Positions 50,726 through 64,000 of a DNA stretch of 64,000 nt are shown here, piece by piece. The notes under the pieces are model-generated. The model did no database searches. It was not told where the DNA came from and was given only the letters and a program-made list of their open reading frames with translations. A program made the translations under genes and the position numbers. This DNA is from the human T2T-CHM13v2.0 reference genome, Homo sapiens: the NCBI RefSeq assembly GCF_009914755.1, contig NC_060927.1. One strand, 5' to 3'. How positions within the stretch are numbered: position 1 is the stretch's first letter; each line of letters opens with the position of its first letter.

Positions 50726-53009
50726 TTAACTATCTTCAAAGTCAAGTATACTGTTCGGTAATAAATAATGTTTAACGCAGTGTATGGACTTCAGTGGAAT
50801 GTAGAAGGAATTCTTTCAGTGAGCCCCATTACGTACCATGTTAAAATCTACTCAGATTAAAAGCCATGGTTCAGTGGAGAATGACTGTTCTGGGTTTTGA
50901 ACCTTGCTTTTCTTCCCTTTCCCTAGAACATGTCTGCACCTGGGTGGATTTATACCTAGGTTTTAAACCTTTGCTTCTGTCTTTGTTGGAAAAAACCAAA
51001 CCACCGCCAGCAGAAGCCACTGCCCTTTGTTTATCTGTGATAAGTGAGAATTTGTAAGAATTTTCCAAGTGAGAGAAGTGTTCAAAGTAGCTTTTATGTT
51101 TGATAGAATGTGTAGTGCTTGCCTCTCAGGGGTGGTATTTTTTCTCCCACGTATTTTTACCTTTAAATCTCTTGCTGTATATGTGACCCTGGCTCCCTTT
51201 GGTTGGTCCTCCAGCTCCCTGATGGTCCTGGGGCTCCCTCCATATCACTGGTGGTATTTCCACATTGCCTGCAGTTTAGGTAGGAACCTGTCCCATGTCA
51301 GGGAAACCCTATCTGTCCCCTGAACTGAGCACTTTTAATTTTAGGGTGATACCTTGAATCTTCACCAGTCACTTGACTTCAGACCTTTCTCATCTGACGC
51401 CAAGGAGTCAAAAAGGCCTGTTTTTAACTAGAAGCAGAGACATTTGCCATTTTTTTTTTTAATATTTGGAGCTCAAATAAACAATGACTTCACACCACTG
51501 TTTTCCACTGTGTTGAGTACATCCTGTTGGCCATGATATTGAGCAGTTTTAAACTGGTTAACCTTTCAGAAACTTTATATTAATGTTGGACTGACAGTTA
51601 ATATTTAACTTGTCAAAGTGATTTTTGCTAGATTGAACCTGAAGTGGTTAATATTTCTGCTTTTTATGTTTTCCAAAACCATTTAAAATAGGAACATGGT
51701 ATTTTATTATTTTAATCTGGTTTCAAAATGAATATCCCATTTTCTTTATTATTATTATTATTAATTAATTTTTTTTTTTTGAGATAGGTTCTTGCTGTGT
51801 CACCCAGGCTGGAGTGCAGTGTTGTAATCTCACTGCAATCTCACCATCCTGGGTTCAAGCAGTTCATTCACCTCAGCCTCCCAAGTAGCTGTGATTACAG
51901 GCATGCGCCACCATGCCTGGCTGAACTTTGTACTTTTTTGTAGAAACAGGGTTTTGCCACGTTGCCCAGGCTGGTCTTGAAGTCCTCAGCTCAAGCAATC
52001 TGCCCACCTCGGCCTCCCAGAGTACTGGGATTCTAGGTGTGTGCCACTGCACCTGGCCATTCCTTAAATGTTTTAATGACTGTGGCAAATGATAGCAATT
52101 TAACAGCTTAACTACTATTTTTAGGTAGCGTAGCTATTTGGGAGTAGGGGCTCCTAGGAGTGGTGGGATGGGCTACCTCTGCCAAATTTTGTGTGGTTAA
52201 TAATGGGTTGAGTCTCCCAACTTTTCTTTTATTCTTGGGAAGCAAAAACTAATAGAGAGCTGTTCTTTCAGAGTTTTTAGGTTAAGATGTGTGAAAGTTT
52301 CAGAGCCGGGTACAGTGGCCTGTGCCTGTAGTCTCCTATTTGGGAGGCCGAGGCAGGAGGATCACTGGGGAGTTCAAGGCTGGTGAGCTATAATTGTTTC
52401 TGTGAATAGCCACTGCACACTAGCCTGGGCAACATAGTGAGACCCTGTCTTAAAACTAAAAACAGAGGTACTTAAAAAAATATATATCTGAAAGTTTCAT
52501 TCACTGTGAGTTTTTCTATGGATGAGGAAACATTAAGTTTATGGCAAATTGAGTTGGTGCCCCATGTGCATTTGTTCTTCACATCTGTTGAGTGGAAAGC
52601 ATTTATTAACTGAGTTCCCTGTGTGCGTGGGCACTCATAGCTCTGGGGAGGCAGCCTGAGTGGAACAGAGCCGCCTGTTCCATAAGGCTGTCTGGACAGA
52701 ATGGGGTCATAAGGGCCTGGCTCCTCATGGGCATCTCCCCTTTCCTCCCACCAAGCAACATCCTTTGGTTGCATCTTCCTGGGGGATGGTATTGGTGGTG
52801 GTGATGGGAGGGGCCAGTGGGATCCTTACCTGCTGAACCTTACCCTTGGATGCCTGGTGTCCTTGCCAGTTACTGTATAATGTTTTTGATTTCCTAGTTA
52901 TATCCCTGATGACTGATCTGATAAACTTTAAATATACCTGCCTCTAGGGTAGCTTTAATATATTTTGGCTACAAAGGTCACTACCTTTTAGGTATTATTG
53001 ATAACTTGA

Positions 53010-53258
<249 letters not shown>

Positions 53259-54323
53259 TGATCTGCCCGCCTCAGCCTCCAAAGTGCTGGTATTACAGGC
53301 GTGAGCCACTGCACCTACCTGGCCTGACATTTTACTTCTGCCCATCACTTGAGAGTCCCACATATCACAACTGGGAGGAAGGGAGTGCCTGGTCATTGGC
53401 AGATGCGAGCCACTTACTGGCCCTACCCCAACTAGCTCTGGTTCTTCTGGCTGAGGGTGTTTATCTGCAGTGAGTCTCAGGGTCTGGGGTCTGGGGCAGT
53501 GCTGAGAGCTTAGACTCAGTTGTGGGTACTGCACTGGGTGCTGGCACAGAGGAATAAGGTTCCCATTCCCACTACTCGAAAAAGAGCTTCTGTAGCTCCT
53601 GTCAGCCAGTGGTGAATCCAGCTAAGACATGTTCTTGGGCTGCCTTGAGCACTTCCTACTCTCTTTTAGAGGATATAATGTGAATGAGTGTGAGGTGTTA
53701 AATTGGGTAGCTGTGTCAGGAAGACTAGGTGGCTGTGGCCAGAATCTTGCCAGAATCTTTCTGTGGTTCCCAAGCACTCTTTTCTCCCACAAGTTCTGGC
53801 CACCAAGCTGTATGTGACCACGACTGAGTATTTACCTCTGTTTGGACCTTGGTCTCTGAACCACGAGGAGGAGGATCTCTGTAGCGTCTCTATCTGAATG
53901 ACTGAGTGTATGAGTATGAGACTGTGTAAAAAAAACTTCCAGAGGGACATTCTGATACAAGTATATGGATGCAGCCTATCAGATTCCTAGCACAGGCAGA
54001 CATGACCCTTGCTTATAGGAAGCCAGCATCAGAAAGACAAAAGGGTGTTTTATTACCAAGTTGCAAAAAATTTTTCTCCTTAGAGCATGGAAAACCAACA
54101 CATAGTAGTTGGAGTTGTGCCCTGAACATCGCCTGCCTGCTAAATGCAGAGCACTTAGTCATGCCCATGAAACAGACACCCCATGTCGTCATGTGTCCGC
54201 AGATAGCAGACAGCTTAAGTTCCTGGTAGGGCAGGGTGTGTCTCATAACTGACTGTTTTTAAATAAGCTGAGAATTTTAAAATTGAGAATGAGATTGGAA
54301 TAGTGAAAGATCAGCTGGATCTA

Positions 54324-54674
<351 letters not shown>

Positions 54675-55506
54675 TTAGCCAAGCGTGGTGGCAGGTGCTT
54701 GTAGTCCCAGCTACTTGGGAGGCTGAGGCAGGGAGAATTGCTTGAACCCGGGAGGCAGAGGTTGCAGTGAGCCGAGATCATGCCACTGTACTCCAGCCCG
54801 GGTGACAGAGTGAGACTCCCTCTCCAAAAAAAAAAAAAAAGGATTAAAATGCATAAGAAAGGAAAAGGCCAGTAAAGAAAACACTATGCAACAGTAAAGA
54901 AAACTGTAGGCCAAGCACAGTGGCTCACGCCTGTTCCCAACACTTTGGGAGGCCAAGGCAGGAGGATTGCTTGAGCCCATGAGTTTGAAACCAGCTTGGG
55001 TAATATAGTCTGTATCTCTTCAACAAAATTTACAAATTAGCCTGGTGTGGTGGCGCACACCTGTAGTTCCAGCTACTTGAGAGGCTGATAGGAGGTTTTC
55101 TTGAGCCCAGAGGTTGAGGCTGCAGTGAGCTGTGATTACACCATTTCCAGCCTGGGTGACCAAAAAACCAAAACAAAAACTACACAGAAAAGAGTTGAAG
55201 AAAAACCTTCAACTTGGAGCACTTTATAGAGATCTGAGGAGAAGACCCTCACCAGAGTACTGGGACTGCTGGTTGTTGAGAAGGAGTTCCTGGTGGAGGA
55301 CCCCTCAGACATCACTGGAAGTTAAATGGTTCTTGGAACTGATGCCCATAGGGCTCCTCCATCTATGTACATGGTCATTTGGTCCCTTTTGCTGAGTGTG
55401 GCACTTAACATTGCTGGTGAGCCTGTGGTGGGCAAAAGTGACCCAGCCATCTACTGATGGCAGGGAGGGAAGGTTCCTGCGGAGGAATGGGTCTGAAATC
55501 CTGTGA

Positions 55507-55928
<422 letters not shown>

Positions 55929-56558
55929 TGAGTCACCGCGCCCGGCCAGCACTTTCTGAGATTTACGCATGTTGATACTTGTTTTAGTTTTTTTAATTGT
56001 CCTACAGAGTTCCATGATATTCCATGAAAGCCTATTGATATATTTTCCAGTACATGGACATTAGGATTGTTTTTAACTTTCCAGTGTTGCAGTGAACATG
56101 CGTATGCCATCTCTCCATATATGTTTGCACTTTCCTGTCTGTGTGCCTAGGAGTGGAAGGGCCCAGCTACATGGTGAGTCTTCTCCAGGGTGCTAGGGCA
56201 GCTCACAGCTCCCACCAACAGCCATGTGGTCCTGTTCCCTCAGTGGTGTCACATTGGAACATTTTGGCCCATCTGATTGGTGTGGAAAGGTTTTTGCTGT
56301 TACTTTAATTTTCTTTTCCCTGATTATTGGTAAGGTTGAGCATCCTTTTTGTAAGTTTACTGCTATTCAGGTTTTCTTCTCTGTGAATTACTTGTTGGTT
56401 CGTTCTTCCTATCTTCAGCCCATTTTTATTGTTTTAGGTTGCTTGATATTTTTTGATAAGGATTCATTACCTATCACATGCATTGAAAAAGCTTTTTCCC
56501 AGCCTGTGGTTAGCCATTTTTTTCTTTCTTTAAGGTGTCCTTTAGTCATTAAAAATTA

Positions 56559-61853
<5,295 letters not shown>

Positions 61854-62619
61854 TAAGCCTCATTGTTACAGTTGCCACATGAATGTATCTCTATATATAC
61901 ATGTATACATTTTTTTTCTTTGAATCATTTTGAAGTGAGTTGCAGAGTGTTTGACACTTCATCCCTAAGTACTTCAAAATACAATTCATAAGATTGAGGA
62001 TGATTCCCTATAGAGTCTTACTACCATCATATCACCTAAGAAAAATAACAGTAAATCCCATTTCCAGTTTACATGCAAAATTCCTCAATTACCCCTTTGG
62101 GAGCTGGACTCATGGGTTTTTTTAAAAAGTAAATCCAGAATCCAGTCAAGAGATACACATTGTCTGGGCAAGATTGCTTACCTTTCTAATCCTGGGAGAC
62201 TGAGGTGAGAGGATCACTTGAGGCCAAGAGTTTGAGGCCAGCCTGGGCAGCATAGTGGGACACTGTCTGTACAAAAGATTTTTAAAAACTAGCTGAGTGG
62301 AGTGGTGTGCACCTGAAGTCCCAGCTATTTACTTGAGCCCAGGAGTTCAAGGTTACATTGAGCTATGAACATGACACTGTACTCTATCCTGGGCCACAGA
62401 GCAAGAACCTTCTCTGTCCCCACTCCCCTACCCCTAGAAAGATACACACATCAAGTCTGGTTGCTGTCTCTAAATCGAGAACAGTCATCTTATGTTTAGG
62501 GATGTCAGCATTTGGAGAGACCAGGCCAGTTGTTTGGCAGAAGATCCCACATTCTAGATTTGTGTGATTTTCTTTGCATAGCTCCCATATTTCCTGTAAA
62601 TTGGAAGTTAGGTCTAAAG

Positions 62620-63270
<651 letters not shown>

Positions 63271-63421
63271 CGAAACTGTTGGTTTCTGTATAAGAGACCA
63301 TGGGGGTAAGAGGCTTGATCCAACTCGGGGTAGATGTTTTTGACAGTAACTCCTGGAGGATAGTATGTGACTGAACCACTGGAATTGCTCAAGTCTAAAC
63401 CTGCTTTTCTTTTTTTTTCAG

Positions 63422-63537
63422 GCTCTGTGTGCTCCGGGATGGAGCAGGTGTGCAGAGGGTGAGAACCCAGCTCTGGGACCAAGTCACTTGCTTCCTTACT
63501 TAGCAAGACTATCGACTTGAGCAAACTTGGACCTGGG
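63422..63537 (+). other. DAG1: DAG1 5'UTR part (116 nt) of the first coding exon
   Basis: Polypyrimidine tract and acceptor ctgcttttctttttttttcAG|GCTCTGTGT, 116 nt before the ATG. Confidence 0.95.
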
Positions 63538-63822
63538 ATGAGGATGTCTGTGGGCCTCTCGCTGCTGCTGCCCCTCTGGGGGAGGACCTTTCTCCTCCTG
63601 CTCTCTGTGGTTATGGCTCAGTCCCACTGGCCCAGTGAACCCTCAGAGGCTGTCAGGGACTGGGAAAACCAGCTTGAGGCATCCATGCACTCAGTGCTCT
63701 CAGACCTCCACGAGGCTGTTCCCACAGTGGTTGGCATTCCTGATGGCACGGCTGTCGTCGGGCGCTCATTTCGAGTGACCATTCCAACAGATTTGATTGC
63801 CTCCAGTGGAGATATCATCAAG
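63538..63822 (+). CDS. DAG1: Dystroglycan precursor, first coding exon (codons 1-95: signal peptide and start of the alpha-dystroglycan N-terminal domain); the rest of the CDS lies beyond the window
   Basis: Translation [95 protein letters not shown] is the human dystroglycan N-terminus. It ends at a phase-0 donor AAG|GTGAGA (63822/63823). Confidence 0.99.
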
Positions 63823-64000
63823 GTGAGACTGGATATAAAGCATAAATGAGGAAGAGTTCTCATCTTCCATTTTAGTTTTGGTGGCTTTTCCTTTTCAAGT
63901 CTAAGCTTCACCAATTCTGAGCTCAGTTCTTCCAGTACCCCCTTAGAAGAGGGACAGCCACTGATGTTCATAAGAGAATCCCTATATACTCAGAATAGCA

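Noticed and set aside
63517-63849. ORF-track version of DAG1 starting MSKLGPG and ending VRLDIKHK
   Set aside because: The start is a TTG upstream of the true ATG (63538), and the tail reads into the intron past the donor at 63822.

Overview
Human (or very closely related primate) DNA covering the 5' part of the dystroglycan gene DAG1 on the + strand. It contains about 22 kb of upstream intergenic sequence, a CpG-island promoter with non-coding exon 1 (donor after 23493), and a ~40-kb first intron with three cassette 5'UTR exons (29911-29967, 40309-40470, 45877-46027). The first coding exon is 63422-63822 (ATG 63538; signal peptide and start of alpha-dystroglycan). Roughly half the window is Alu, so nearly all ORF-track entries are Alu or low-complexity artefacts. 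Other repeats are a 3'-truncated 5S rRNA pseudogene, a HERV-K LTR5-type fragment inside MER2, MER33, MIR/L2, an old antisense L1 retaining the RT FADD motif, and several microsatellites. I see no new multi-gene system. Most interesting observations: (1) swapped, inverted target-site duplications pointing to an Alu-Alu inversion about 6-7 kb upstream of DAG1; (2) a splice-dependent uORF layer on the DAG1 leader, including a strong-context uATG separated from the DAG1 ORF by one TGA and a 53-codon hydrophobic uORF formed when the 151-nt exon is included; (3) several atypical insertion scars. Repeat family calls are from recalled consensus sequences, and their boundaries are approximate.
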